Assembly (NCBI GenBank): GCA_964016885.1
Contig: OZ024757.1
Span: 7,130,001-7,194,000, forward strand
DNA from: Eledone cirrhosa
Lineage: Eukaryota
Reading direction: 5' to 3'
DNA length: 64,000 bases
Shown here: in pieces, positions 1 through 13,029 of the stretch
How positions within the stretch are numbered: position 1 is the first letter of the stretch
How the letters are laid out: every line of letters starts with the position of its first letter
Notes under the pieces: generated by a model
Database searches by the model: none
What the model saw: the letters and a program-made list of their open reading frames with translations, nothing else
Told to the model about the DNA's origin: nothing
Translations under genes and position numbers: made by a program

Positions 1-960
1 CAAGTACACCATTATCATTACAGACACACTTATCTTCGACAATATCTCAGTTTTCATTGACACATTGTCTAGCAATCCTGAACACCTCACGTTCTTGGTC
101 CTCACGTTGTAGAACATGCTTGAACTTTCTATCCTCTGCTACCCTTTTTGCAAGGTACACTTGTCGCCTAGCTTGTCCCCTGGCCACTTGATAGTGCTCT
201 CTACTTCCCCCATCCTGCGATACTTCCCAAGCCTGCTTTTTGCCCTTGATTGTCTCTTCCACCTTACTGTTCCACCACCGAGTTACTCTCCTCCTGCCAA
301 TAGGTCTGCTCCAGCCACAGATTTCATCAGTTGCTTTCAGCAGGTTCACTTTCAAGAACTGCCACTGTTCCTCTATATTGCACGTCTCTAATTACTCTTC
401 CTTATTGTCAAAGGCATCAAGTAATAGGCTTTTAAATTTGTCACTGGCTATGGGGTCCTTCAACTTCCATATTCTTCTCCTCAAGGTAGGCCTCCTCTGT
501 CGTCGAGTACGTCTATTCCTGACTATGAGGTCACTAACTACTAGGCTATGTTGGGAGGTGCATTCTTCACGGGGGAGGGATTTAGTGTTTACAACAGACA
601 TTTTGTCCCGTCTTCTAGTAAGGATATAATCCATCTGGCTGGCGTGTTCCTCTGATCTATAGGTGATCAAGTGGTTTTCACGTTTTTTGAAGTTTGTGTT
701 ACAGATAGTGAGGCTATTTGTATCACAGAATTCCAGGATTCTGAAGCCCTCCTCATTTCTATTTCCAACCCCATAGCCTCCATGAATTCCATCATAGCCA
801 TCACTATGTTGTCCAACATGACCGTTTAGATCGCCAACAATAATTAAGTAGTCACTGTCGGTTATTTGGGAGGTAGTGTGCATTAGCATATCATAGAACC
901 TGTCCTTTATAACATCAGGTAGACCAGATTGGGGTGCATAAGCAGATATAAAACTGATGT
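1..960 (-). mobile_element. RTE-clade LINE fragment (APE endonuclease C-terminal part and linker), degenerate, runs off the window start
   Basis: ORFs 392-1006 and 47-355 contain ISAYAPQ, GDLNGHVG, NTNFKK, SQMDYIL, SQHSLVV and WWNSKVEE motifs, collinear with the near-intact RTE at 34713-38681. Confidence 0.9.
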
Positions 961-1035
961 TGTCTGTGTGTGTGTCCTCATTTTTGCAAAGTCTATACAA
1001 ATCCACATTTCTACTCCGATTGACTTCAAACTTAT

Positions 1036-2310
1036 GATCATCATCGTTTAACGTCCATCATCCACGCTGGCATGGGTTTGGACAGGAATTTTCCCACTTG
1101 AGGCAAGATTGGTTGTCTTGCTCGTATAGGACTGTCTGGTGGGTTTTCTACGGCTGAATGCCCTTCCTAACACCAACCACGTTTACAGTGTGGAATTGGA
1201 GGTTTTTACCGTGTTACCTACACGGCCACATTACAGCGTAGACTGTGTGTTTTTTGTCGTGACACCTACACGGCCTCATTTATTTAGGACTGGATGTTGT
1301 GGTACCAACGTAACTTTACATCGAAAGGGGTGGTGTGAATGGGGTAGGGGTCGTGGGACGGGGTGAATTTTGGTAAGAGGTGCCTACTGACTGTAGGTTT
1401 CGCTTTGCACTGAGGCAAGGCGGGTCTTCTGTATTACTGCGTAACGCCAAAGATCTCGGTTCAGTGACATTGTCTTGGAGAGTTGTAAGTGTGTGAGGTA
1501 GGAATTTATCAAGTCGTCCCAGGTTTTTCTGGGTCTGCCTACTCCGTGGCTACCGTCTATTTTGATCGCCCTGCACTTTTTTATACAGCTGTCGTCTTTC
1601 ATGCACATCACGTGACCATACCAACGTAGTCTTCCGTCGAGTAAACAGCATCTGATCCCTCTTATTTCTAATTTCTCACGTATTTAATTTATGCTTTGCC
1701 GTTTATGTATATTACTATTACACATCCAACGGAGCATGCAAGCTTCGTTCCTCTCCAGTCTACGTAGATCCTCTGCACACAATGCCCAAGTCTCACTGCC
1801 ATGGAACATTGCTGTTCGTATGCAGGCATCATACAGCCTGCCTTTCATTTTTAGAGAGAACCCTTTAGTGGCTAATAGTGGTATAAGCTCTCTGAACTTT
1901 TTCCATCCTGTTCTGACTCTAGCTACTGTACTTTCAGAGCACCCTCCACCACTGCTGATTTTGTCAACCAGGTAACGGAAGGTGTCTACTATTTCTATAG
2001 AACCATCTGTGCAATGGAATGAGCTAGTATTCTGTGGGCACTTGCTGCTACTTATTGCACCTGAGCACCGGCCACATATAAAATCTATATTCTTAGATAG
2101 CTTACCTACATCTTTTTTGCACCCATACTTTGCATTTGAGACATAACATGGAGTTTCTGCCTACTCCTTTCCTACACACTGAGTATGGCCATTTCCCAGA
2201 TGGGACCAGTGCCCTATTTTCCTTCCTACATACTAGAACTTTGGTCTTAGGCAGGTTAATTTTAAGGCCTTTAGATTCTACGCCATGCTTCCATGTTTGG
2301 AATTGCATTT
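1036..2310 (-). mobile_element. 5'-truncated RTE LINE (C-terminus, 3' UTR and (GAT)n tail)
   Basis: ORFs 2102-2308 (KINLPKTKVL..SGKWPYSVCRKGVGRNS) and 1384-1611 (GRPRKTWDD); terminal motif catcatcgtttaacgtccatcatccacgctggcatgggtt shared with other RTE 3' ends in the window. Confidence 0.9.
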
Positions 2311-2637
2311 ATATATTCCTTGTGGTCTAAAGATACTAACTACAGCTTTTATTTTTCAATGTTCTGTTGTTAAAGAGGTGTTTGGCGCCGGTTATTGATC
2401 CCCGTAGAGCCCTTATAATATCTGTCTGTATGTCTGGCTCTCTGCATAACGACATTCTGACGAACACGTCATTGCTGACGTATTATCTTCGCTACATTCA
2501 CACACACACACACATACTTATATATGCATATATACATATTCACACATATATATATATACAAACATACACACATTTACATATATATATATACAAACATATA
2601 CACATATAGATATACACATAAAAATATATGTATATAT

Positions 2638-2711
<74 letters not shown>

Positions 2712-2816
2712 ATGCACACATATATATATATATATATATGTATCTGTATATATATATATATAAATGGAAAAGAATGAATCGAAATTTCATTTCTCACTCT
2801 TAGTACAGCTGATACT

Positions 2817-3101
2817 TAAATGTAAGTATGTATACGTACATACATACAAGTATACAGACATACCATACAGTAGGATGTATATATATATACACACATGCAC
2901 ACATATATATATATATATGTACGTATGGGTTGACCGAACATTTATTATAATGTTCGGTTTGTCTAATAAATGTTCGGTTTGTCTAATAAATGTTCGGTAA
3001 ACCCATACGTACATATATGTGTGCATGTATGTATATATATATATATATATACATACTACTGTACGTCTGTATACATGTATGTACGTACATACTTACATTT
3101 A
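2817..3101. repeat. Foldback (MITE-like) palindrome with ~120 bp arms and a central 20-bp tandem repeat
   Basis: Left arm taaatgtaagtatgt...gtacgtatgggttgaccgaacatttatta is the reverse complement of right arm taataaatgttcggtaaacccatacgtac...acatacttacattta; centre repeats taataaatgttcggtttgtc. Confidence 0.8.
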
Positions 3102-3423
3102 TATATATATAGATATATATAGATATATATATATACAGATACATTGTAGGTTGCTTTAACCCGTCTTTTATTATTCAAAAAACTTCTTGCCAATAAACAT
3201 TAACCCTTTGTGTGCCATTCATCAAACTGAAGACCAACAAATACCCAAAAAACGGAGCGTTGACAAGAACGACGGCGAATGAATGTTCGAGATAAGCAGT
3301 TTCCTCCCGAGCTGTTAGTTCACGCGGGATTCTCTGCTATACATTTTCGTAATAATACCGAACAACGTACTGCTGGTCACTCCTTCCTCCAAAAGCCGTA
3401 CAAAGCATCTCTCTCTCTCTCTT

Positions 3424-3469
<46 letters not shown>

Positions 3470-3473
<4 letters not shown>

Positions 3474-3935
3474 ATAAGAACAGATTTAAGTTTAAGCAAA
3501 GAATCGCTGCTTTCAACATTAAAGGGATCTTCTGAAATCTGTGAATGCAGAAGTAAGTATTTCGAGAAGCGTTGCAACCAAAGGAAAACAGAAAGACGAT
3601 ATTTTGGTTCGTGAAGACGTTCCTTGGCAATGAAGGGGAAAAAAGCGATGATAATACGTCGTTATGTGGACTGAGAAGAACAATTTCATGCAAAGACAAG
3701 ATCAAGTTTATGGTATAAATGGAGTTAGACTAATATTCTATTTAAAATAACCGAATGATTTCCAGCCCCAGAGTTTAAGAATGTAAATAAAATTGAAAAT
3801 GAAAATGACAGAGGTTATTAAAATAGTAAAAGTAAATAGTGAAGATTTAGGCCAGTTCATACATATGCGCCGACGGACATACACATACATACGCACACAA
3901 ATACATACACACAAACACACACACACGCACGTGTG
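3470..3935 (+). repeat. Diverged copy of the sequence that lies upstream of the zinc-finger gene units
   Basis: Aligns by eye to 60555-61070 (aacagatt..ttaagcaaagaatcgctgctttc..gggatcttctgaaa..acagaggttattaaaat) and to 41870-42033. Confidence 0.8.
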
Positions 3936-4615
3936 TGTGTAAGCGTTATGCATTTCTACAGTATTTTTACCAAACTTAAGACATATCTTACTTATGTACC
4001 CCGGATGGTCATGGGCACTTTCATTTTTCCAGATATTGACTATAGGATAACCCGGCAGATAACCCCCTTTCAACCGCTTCCTTGGAGTCGACTGAAGCAC
4101 TGCTGTGCAATGCAACAAAACGTCATAACTTCTGGGAGTTCACAACCGATTTTCATAAAACGTGACACATTGAGTAGGGGACCCCTGTGGGCAGGAACCC
4201 CCTTTGGGAAAAAGCCGATGATTTTGTAAAAGTATAGTTTTCGAAGCAGCACTGAAGTATTGACATAAATGGTATACATAACTGTTATTTAATACCCGAG
4301 CAAAATCATAATGGAATTTCTTTTTTCTTTTTAGATAAATATAAATACTTTTAAATAATACAGCTTTTATTTTCCAAACTCTAGATAAATAAGAGAAAGT
4401 TAATATTAATTAATACAAATTCTTAACTGATTTTCAAAATTATTTGAAAATCATAGGCAAAACTTTTCATTAGAATTATGGAAACGAAAGGGTTAAAACC
4501 CTGAGGTGTGGTCCAAATATTTGTAACAGCATGCCTTCTACTAAAGATAACTAAGAGACTAAAATGGTGGTGTTAAATGTAAAGAGTAGAGATAAACACA
4601 CAAACGCATACACAC

Positions 4616-4812
4616 TTAAAAGGTTGGCTGAAAAGTTCATAGGCTGACTATGAAGGAGTGATGCTAGAGCTGTGAAATCTTGCATGCTTTAATTTCAACT
4701 CTTATTAATAACTGTGTTGTTTCTTTCTAGAGACTTTGTTGAAAAATAAACCCCATTTGGTCATTCCATGAGAGTATCTTGGTCAGCTTATGAACATTTC
4801 AGCCAACCCTCA
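4616..4812. mobile_element. mariner-derived MITE
   Basis: Imperfect ~30-bp terminal inverted repeats ggttggctgaaaagttcataggctgac / gtcagcttatgaacatttcagccaacc; TA at the right end. Confidence 0.7.
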
Positions 4813-4829
4813 TACACTAAAGTTTTGTT

Positions 4830-4985
4830 ACAGTTGCTATCTACTAAATCCACAGAAGGTATTTAGTTAACCCAAGACTATATATAGTAGAATACATTGG
4901 CCGAAGTTGTTATGCAGTAGGATAGAACACAAAACCATGTGGTTGTGAAGTAAACTTCTTAACAGCCATCACTGCACTTAACCAT
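4830..4985 (-). mobile_element. Degenerate SINE fragment
   Basis: ctactaaatccac..tagtagaa..aaccatgtggttg pattern reads as a reverse tRNA-like head plus body; heavily diverged. Confidence 0.4.
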
Positions 4986-5104
4986 GTCTGTAAGTTGTAT
5001 TTACCAAAGTACTTCAGTATAGATGTATTAGTATTAAAGCCAGTTTTGTATCAGTTCTTTAACTATTTTTTCTATGGAAAACTGTACTAGTAATTTGAAG
5101 ATGT

Positions 5105-5216
5105 GTGGACAAGTGGTTAGGGGAATAGACTCATGATTTATAACATTGTCTATTTGATTTCAGGACTGGGTGACATGTGTCCTTGAGTAAGACAATTCAT
5201 TTCACATTGCTCCAGA
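5105..5216 (+). mobile_element. Degenerate tRNA-derived SINE 5' part
   Basis: agtggttagg..tgtgtccttgagtaagaca..tttcacattgctccag matches the SINE at 48070-48253. Confidence 0.6.
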
Positions 5217-5329
5217 CTTTACTTGTCATTTAAAGTATGCTATGTACAGCTCTTCTTTGTAGAACTGTTAATTTGTGGGACATATTGTTTATAGAGGTAG
5301 AGGACATAGACAAACATCACTTGCTTTAA

Positions 5330-5605
5330 TCCTTTAGCATTTAAACCACCCATACCCGGCCAGAATTTTCTCACCTCTTTCTATTCAAATTGGCTTGGCC
5401 ACTCATACTTATGTTAAGGTATTGTTCTCAAAATAAATAACATAAAAATCTTGTAGATTCGATATTATGTGAGATAATTACATAAGATAAAGCCTTTACT
5501 GTGAAAATACAATACCATATATAGAGTAATGTAAATGCTATGTGAGATAAAGCCTTTACTGTGAAAATACAATAGTATATATAGAGTAATGTAAATGCTA
5601 AAGGG
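5330..5605. mobile_element. piggyBac-like MITE
   Basis: TTAA on both sides; TIR (t/c)cctttagcattta ... taaatgctaaaggg; internal ~60-bp tandem duplication; second copy at 54340-54801. Confidence 0.8.
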
Positions 5606-6059
5606 TTAAAGACTACCTGAAAGATAACCCTGAAGAATGTCAACACTAACACCAAACAAAACAAAACACGAGAAAATCTCACAACAGACAATTTCTTGTA
5701 GTGAAATCTGATTGCTATTGGTGTTAAGGAATTTGAAAAGAAGCAGAGAGCCTATGCTGAAGTGAAGCAAGAAGTTCAATATATAGGGGATATTAGTCCA
5801 CTCCCAAAACAGGGTTCAAAAGAGACTCTTACCATGAAGGATGTGAACATTTATGTATGTCAAATGACAGGCTACTCAACTATAGCAGACGTCATACTCG
5901 TGGAAATAACATCTTTGTGTACACCATACACCTTGATTTTGCATGCGGTATCCTATACACCTTGATTTTGAACACTAAAGTGTGTCACTCTGCAGGTGGG
6001 TTAACATGGCACCACGAAACATGCCATGCCAATCAAACTCAAGCAAGCAGAGATAGTTG

Positions 6060-7215
6060 CTAAGATGCTAAAAACATTGGGAGAAGTAATCCACATAGTC
6101 AATTAGGTAGTATAGGTTGGAGTCAAACCCAATGACTGGTGTAGCAGTACAGTCATAAATTGCTACAAGGGTAAAGGTGATGCTCTAGAAAGGAGCAACT
6201 ATAGAGGAATAAAACTAATAGACCAAGTTATGAAAGTGATGGAAAGAGTTCTAGCGCAGCTAATTAGGGAAAGAGTCAAATTGGACATGATGCAGTTTGG
6301 TTTTTTGCTTGGAAAAAGTACTACAGATGCCCTCCTCTTAGTGAGACAACTACAAGAGAAGTTCCTAGCCAAAGATAAGCCACTATATTTAGCTTTTGTT
6401 AATCTAGAAAAGGCTTTTGACAGAGTAACCTCATTGTTGTCTGATGGCTCTTAAGAAATTTAAGTGTAGAAGAATGGCTTATGAGAGCAGTGCAAGCTGT
6501 CTGTAAAGTGAAAGTAGGAAGTGAGTTCAGTGAGGAATTCAAGGTAAAGGTAGGAGTTCGTCAGGGTTTGCTTCTCAGCCCACTAGTGTTCATCATAGTT
6601 CTCTAGGCCATAACAGGGAAGTTTAAGACCAGCTGTTTATGGGAACAGTTCTGTGTGGATAAACTGGTTCTTATAGCTGAATCCATAAAAGAACTAGGGA
6701 ATAAGTTCCAACTATGAAAACAATTTACAATCAAAAGAGCTGAATAAACATTGAAAAAACTAAAGCGTTGATAAGCAGGAAAGAAGACAGGACCCTGATT
6801 CATTCATAGAATTTGCTCTGTTCAATATTCAGAAAAGGAATCAGTAGAAACTATACGATGTGCACAATGCAAAACCTGGATACATAGACTATGCTTTGTT
6901 GGATGTACAATGTAAATTGAGAGATAAGCAGAGCTTTAGATGAATTGAGAGAGAAACTGGGTTTAAGAGGAATCAGAAGTGGTGTGCAAGAGAGAAGACT
7001 CTGTTGGAACAGACACATGATGCACATGGATGATGATCGCTGGGTGAAGACGTGCCAAAACATCCTAGAAGGAAGCCACAGTAGAGGACGACCAAGGACA
7101 ACCTTGGCGGAGGTGATGAGAACTGATCTCAAATGACTGACTGACTGAGAATGTGATGAAGGAATGTGTACGCGATGAGTGGAGAGATGCTGTGCAATAA
7201 AGGACCCATCCAATA
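6060..7215 (+). mobile_element. Degenerate RTE LINE RT/C-terminal fragment
   Basis: NCYKGKGDAL, QFGF..GKSTTDAL, LAFVNLEKAFDRV and RGRPRTT motifs with stops, frameshifts and deletions. Confidence 0.9.
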
Positions 7216-7313
7216 CGTATACGGACAGTTTCAGGTGGTTTGGTATCAAATAAGTTAAAAAGAGACAGGAGTTATGTAAATAAACCAACATTTTTCTAAA
7301 CATTTTCTCTTAC

Positions 7314-7387
7314 CGGCAAAGTATCACTCCATTTTTCAGTTTCTGGTGAAGTCCTACTTCCCCAAGTGGTTCATTACGGTCTTCTCC
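7314..7387 (-). CDS. Internal coding exon of a calponin-homology-domain protein (transgelin/myophilin/calponin-like)
   Basis: Minus strand ccaacAG|GGA GAA GAC...CTT TGC CG|GTAAGA encodes GEDRNEPLGEVGLHQKLKNGVILC(R); LKNGVILC is the CH-domain signature; canonical acceptor and donor. Confidence 0.85.
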
Positions 7388-7714
7388 CTGTTGGATAGAG
7401 ATTTAAAATATACAATTTTATAATCAAATATACTTCATTTTATATATGGATATTTTTCTGTGCATGTAAGTGTGTATGTGTGTATTTGTACACATAAACG
7501 CATACACAATATGAAAATATCCAAATTGGGTATACCACAAAACACATTTGGGTGTACCAGCAAACACATTCAGCTCTACGACCAACAATACTTTGGAATC
7601 GGTGGCTCAGAATGACCCCAACTTTGTTGAGCAAGAGCAAGAAGAAGGAGAAGAAGCAAACACATCAGACCTAATAAGGTTAACTGACACAATTAACGGA
7701 CTCTAATGATATGT

Positions 7715-7915
7715 TGGAAGGCATGCAGAGTCGTTAAGGTGTTGGGCTTATAATCATGTGGTTTTGGTTCCTGAACTGGTTGGGACATGATCCAATTGAA
7801 CAATACACTTCCATCACATTGCCCAAGTCCTCTCAGTTGAAAAATATTTACCAGTAGCAGCTGCAGGTTAACTCTGCAATAGACTGTTATCCTGTCTAGG
7901 GGGAAGTCTTGACAC
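7715..7915 (+). mobile_element. Degenerate tRNA-derived SINE
   Basis: A/B-box-like gtcgttaaggtgttgg..ggttttggttcctg followed by a body resembling the SINE at 48070. Confidence 0.4.
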
Positions 7916-8070
7916 TGCATGAAAATGGGATAAACTCTGGTCTGATAAATCTGTTATTAACCTATGTTAATCTACAAACATAGCTTTCTTAAAGTTGTCC
8001 TTAAAACAATCAGTTGTGTACTAGTAAAAATTATAATCAAAAGGCAGAAAAAAAAAAAAAAAAAACCAAC

Positions 8071-8265
8071 TTCGTGTAATTTTTCTAACGCGTACCGGTT
8101 TTCTAAAACTTAGTCGTTTATTATATATCTCAGAAAGCATTCATCATCATAATCATCGTTTAATGTCCATCTTCCACGCTAGCATGGGTTAGACGACCCT
8201 GTGAGATATATAATAAAAGACCGATAAGTTTTAAAACACCAGTACAGTGCATTAGAAAAATACGA
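8071..8265. repeat. Short foldback element enclosing an RTE 3' tail
   Basis: Arms ttcgt..tttttctaa..aaaacttagtcgtttattatatatctca / tgagatatataataaaagac..taagtttt..ttagaaaaatacgaa; centre catcatcataatcatcgtttaatgtccatcttccacgctagcatgggttagacg. Confidence 0.7.
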
Positions 8266-8592
8266 ACGGCAAATGATGGACTATTACCCTCTCTTCATAT
8301 ATGGGGCTGAAACAGTTCAAACCATGACGAACAATCGATGTAATTTTCTTTAAATGGCCTACATTAATGAAAAACACATTGATCATTTGTCTTGTTTTGA
8401 GCCATTTCAGCCCCATATTTGAAAAGAAGGTACTAGCCTTGAAATATCATGTTGAAATACATTGTGTTAAACATTGGTTTTTTTTTTATTGTATTCGTCA
8501 TCATTTGCCCTTTGCATTTTCCTTCCCAATTGTACTGGCTTTTCGAAAATTATTAGATTTTTATTTTTTTTAAATAATAATGATAATGGTAC

Positions 8593-8671
8593 CAAGCAGA
8601 GATTCTTCAATGACATCTTCAATCCAAATTCTAGCTTGCTGTTCTAACTCAATATCAGATTTTTTCTTCAT
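8593..8671 (-). CDS. Upstream coding exon of the same calponin-homology-domain gene
   Basis: ttttattctgttttcAG|ATG AAG AAA... encodes MKKKSDIELEQQARIWIEDVIEESLL, matching the ExxAxxWIE first helix of transgelin-type CH domains; donor position uncertain (G|GTACCA). Confidence 0.75.
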
Positions 8672-9299
8672 CTGAAAACAGAATAAAAAAAATTAAGTTA
8701 TGCAGAATGTGTAATCAGCTGGCTAGTATCATTTTTGCTCCTACATATTTTCATTTCATCTACTAAACTGGGCATACGGTATATAGGCTTGTTTGTATGT
8801 TTATATGTAAGTTGGTAGTGCTGGTGCCACAATAAAATGCACTTAGTACATGCTATAAAGGGTTTGGCATTAAGAAGGAAATATGAACAAGACGAGGTCT
8901 TTTGATTTGTCTAATCTCTAACTATGACAATCCATCTATCTTATGCATGGAAAACCAAAATAGGGATATGATATATATTCGTTTCATTTAAGCTTAAATA
9001 GTGAGTCTTGTTGCTCTGGAGTTTCGGCTGTTTATCATGGGGTCATCAACTACATGTGTGTGGTGTGTGTGTGTGTGTGTGTGTGCACATGTATACATAT
9101 ATACATGCATATTACTTATATACATATTACATATATATATATATATACATATTATATATATATATATATATATATACATATTACATATATACATATTACA
9201 TATATATATATATACATATTACATATATATATATATATACATATTACATATATATATATATATACATATTACATATATATATATATATATACATATTAA

Positions 9300-9333
<34 letters not shown>

Positions 9334-9550
9334 ATATTACATATATATATATATACATATTACATATATACATATATACATATTACATATATACATATAT
9401 ACATATTACATATATATATATACATATTACATATACACATATATACATATTACATATATATATATATACACATATTACATATATACATATATACACTTAT
9501 TAAATATATACATATTACATATATACATATTACATATATATATATAGATA

Positions 9551-12130
9551 CTAGCGGAGCTACCCGGCTTCGCTCAGTGTTAAAAAGCTTATTTAGAAAA
9601 GAATAATATTAACATTTTAATCGTTATTTAAAAACTTCTGTAATTTAGTTTCTATTTTTTTAGATTTTAACATTTATCTTTAAATGACTGAATGACTGAC
9701 GAATTTAAAGAAAATTCGTTATAAGAACATTTAATTTGTTTTACTGAAGTGCTTTTGGATACACAATGTTTTTTGTTTTTCCTTCTGGTGCGTACACGAA
9801 TAAATGAGAAGGTTTACCGACGCGTGAGCAAGCCACATACAGCTGTCCATGTGAGAAGCATGGATTTTCTAAATTTAGTCCACACACTTGTAGCGATTGT
9901 CCTTGTGCTTTGTTGATAGTCATTGCAAAGGCGAGTCGCACCAGAAACTGCAAACGTTTGAAATCGAATGGCGTATCTGTTGGAATGATTGGGATGCGTG
10001 GCAAGAGTACATCTTCTCCTTTAAATTTTCCATTTAAAATTGTAGCCTCGATGATATTGTTCATCGTCTTTTTCACTGAAAGTCTGGTACCGTTGCAAAG
10101 TTGTGGTGGATTGATGTTTCGGAGAAGGATGATAGGCACGCCAATTTTCAATGTTAAAATGTGCGGTGGCATGCCTGGCAAATCAAGTGAATTCAAGAAT
10201 TCAATTGGATAATTGATAATTTCGTCTTGATTCATTACAGTATCGATGGACTTATACGTTGTCGCTTCGCCTGGTATTTCGTTTTGAATGCTGAAATTAA
10301 TGGCATTGACATCGGTGTTTTTGGCTGCTAATATAGCACGTACACTGAGCCACTGATGATTTTTGTAATGATGCGCAATATTTGGGAACACTTTGTGAAT
10401 CACTTCGTCTCTGGTTGTCGTGATTCTACAGAAGTTTGTTGGCAATGTGATACATTTTGTGGAATCATCGATTACCATTTTCCCATTCCCAATATCCAGC
10501 AATTGTTTTGTGAAACGTTCAGCGGATGCGTCATTTTGTAGTTGTACACGCATATTGTTTTTTAAAGTTAATTTCTGTACGTGTCGCCATAAAACTGATG
10601 ATTTGAGACATGCATTAAGCTCATCAGCGGGTGTTGATCGCGGTATAACTGGTAGAGTTTGTCGAAAATCACCAGACAATAAAATGAGTGTGCCACCGAA
10701 GAGCTGTTCATTTCCTTTCAAATCTTTTAGCGTATTATTAAGCGCTTCCAATGATTTTTTGTGCGCCATAGTACATTCGCCCCATATAATGATTTTACAT
10801 GATTGGAGTACTTTACCTATACCAGAATTTTTGGTAATATTGCATGTTGGTGTCTCAGCGATTTGCATATTCAATGGCAATTTCAGGGCTGAATGTGCTG
10901 TTCGGCCACCATCTAAAAGAGTTGCCGCAATTCCAGATGATGCGATTGCCAGTGCAATATTATTTTCTGATCGTATAGTTGCCAAAATAAGTGAAATGAG
11001 AAAAGTTTTGCCTGTACCACCGGGCGCATCTATAAAATACAATCCGCCGCTTTGACTTATAATTGCCTGCATAATTTGGTCATATACTATGCGTTGTTCT
11101 GGTAACAATTTGGGAAGATTCGTTTCAACAAATGTACCCAATTCGGCGACATCAAAGTTTGTTTCTCGTTGCAAATCACGATCGAAAATGTCGTTTACAG
11201 ATCGATTCGGCGCAGGCATTCCCAATTGTACCAATGTTTTGTTAGCGATTGCTAAATATATGACCTCAATGGAAACCAATGCTTCATTATACACATTGTG
11301 TGTGAATTGAATATTCATATTTTGATTTGTTGCACGCAAACGATGTAGGATGTCTTCACTCATGTAGTCTTTATATTTTTCCCAAAGATCTTTTGGATTT
11401 GATGGGAAGCACGTTGTCAATATTATTGAGAATAATGTGCGTATTTGCTTTGGTCGAGCAGTATTCGATGCATCAGCGAGTGAAGTGTCCCAATGTCCAT
11501 CATTTTCAAGAAGATTTAATTCTTGGCAAGCTTCACGATAAGTGGCACATACTTGACCGTTTACTGTTCTCAATTCTTGGAATGATGTCGGTCCACGTAT
11601 GTGTCCAGGTCAGGAAAATAAGGACAGACGAAATGAAGATATCAAATTACAGCACTTAGTTAAGGGCTAGCTGAAAAAGAATTCCCTGTAATGGGAGTGG
11701 AAGGGAAGTAATGTGAAACAGACACTATACTAATTCTATTGAAATTATATTAAATTAAAGAGAGAATTTACTAATTCTAATGAAATTATATTAAATTAAA
11801 GAGAGAATACTAATTCTATTGAAATTATCTTTAATTAAAAAAATTTCACACTCGCTCTTTCACTCACTCTTTGTCTATACGTTGATTTCTTTTTCTCCGT
11901 TTATAGCACTCTCTCTTTGTCTATACGTTGCTCTTTCACTCTCTCTTTGTCTATACGTTGATTTCTCTTTCTCCGTTTATAACTTTAGAGACAGTCTAAT
12001 ATAGGGAGTGGTTCAAAGCAGCCAGACTACTCGCTCTTTCACTCTCTGTTTGAATATACGTTGATTTCTCTTTCTCCGTTTAAATCTTTGGACAAACAAA
12101 CAAACATACATTCATTTTTATATATATAGA
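9551..12130 (-). mobile_element. Internally deleted Helitron (2.58 kb) with both termini
   Basis: Minus strand 5' A|TCTATATATATAAAAATGAATGTATGTTTGTTTG; 3' ...ctgagcgaagccgggtagctccgCTAG|T (hairpin plus CTAG); inserted between A and T; carries a Pif1 helicase ORF. Confidence 0.92.
9741..11602 (-). CDS. Helitron RepHel C-terminal part: Pif1-family SF1 helicase, lacking the Rep/HUH domain
   Basis: Open frame from HIRGPTSFQELRTVNG; Walker A DAPGGTGKT, SSGIAATLL, GDFRQTLPV, LCNGTRL, MTINKAQGQSL, FSHGQLYVACSRV; Walker B reads IIWGECTM instead of IIWDE. Confidence 0.88.
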
Positions 12131-12226
12131 TATATATACATATATATAAAAATATTACATAAATACATATATATACATAGACATAAACATATTACATATA
12201 TACATATAATTATATATACATATTAC

Positions 12227-12309
<83 letters not shown>

Positions 12310-12420
12310 CATATTACATATATACATATATATATATATATATAATTATTACATATATCCATATATATCCATATATATATATATATACATATAACATATA
12401 TATATATATATTCATATTAC

Positions 12421-12468
<48 letters not shown>

Positions 12469-12768
12469 TACATATATACATATATACATATTACATATAT
12501 ACATATATACATATTACATATATATATATACATATTACATATATATATACATATTACATATATATATATACATATTACATATATATATGTATACATATTA
12601 CATATATATATATATACATATTACATATATATACATATTACAGATATATATATACACATATTACATATATATATATACATGTAACATATATATATATACA
12701 TATTACATATATATATATACATATTACATATATATATATACATATTACATATATATATATATATATAT

Positions 12769-12822
<54 letters not shown>

Positions 12823-12994
12823 TACATATTACATATATATATATATATATATTTACATATGTATATATATATATATACATATTACATATATATATATACA
12901 TATTATATATATATACATATTACATATATATATATATATACATATTACATATATACATATATATATATTACATATATATACACATATTACATTT

Positions 12995-13029
<35 letters not shown>

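Noticed and set aside
3228-3295. CUGAAGA-containing hammerhead candidate
   Set aside because: No correctly placed GAAA with stems I and III
3204-4492. piggyBac element defined by TTAACCCTTT...AAAGGGTTAA
   Set aside because: Only ~6 bp of the putative TIRs match and the interior is a mosaic of unrelated repeats
9741-11573. Host Pif1 helicase gene
   Set aside because: Intronless, lies between Helitron TC and CTAG termini and has Helitron-type upstream motifs (GPTSF..LRTVNG)
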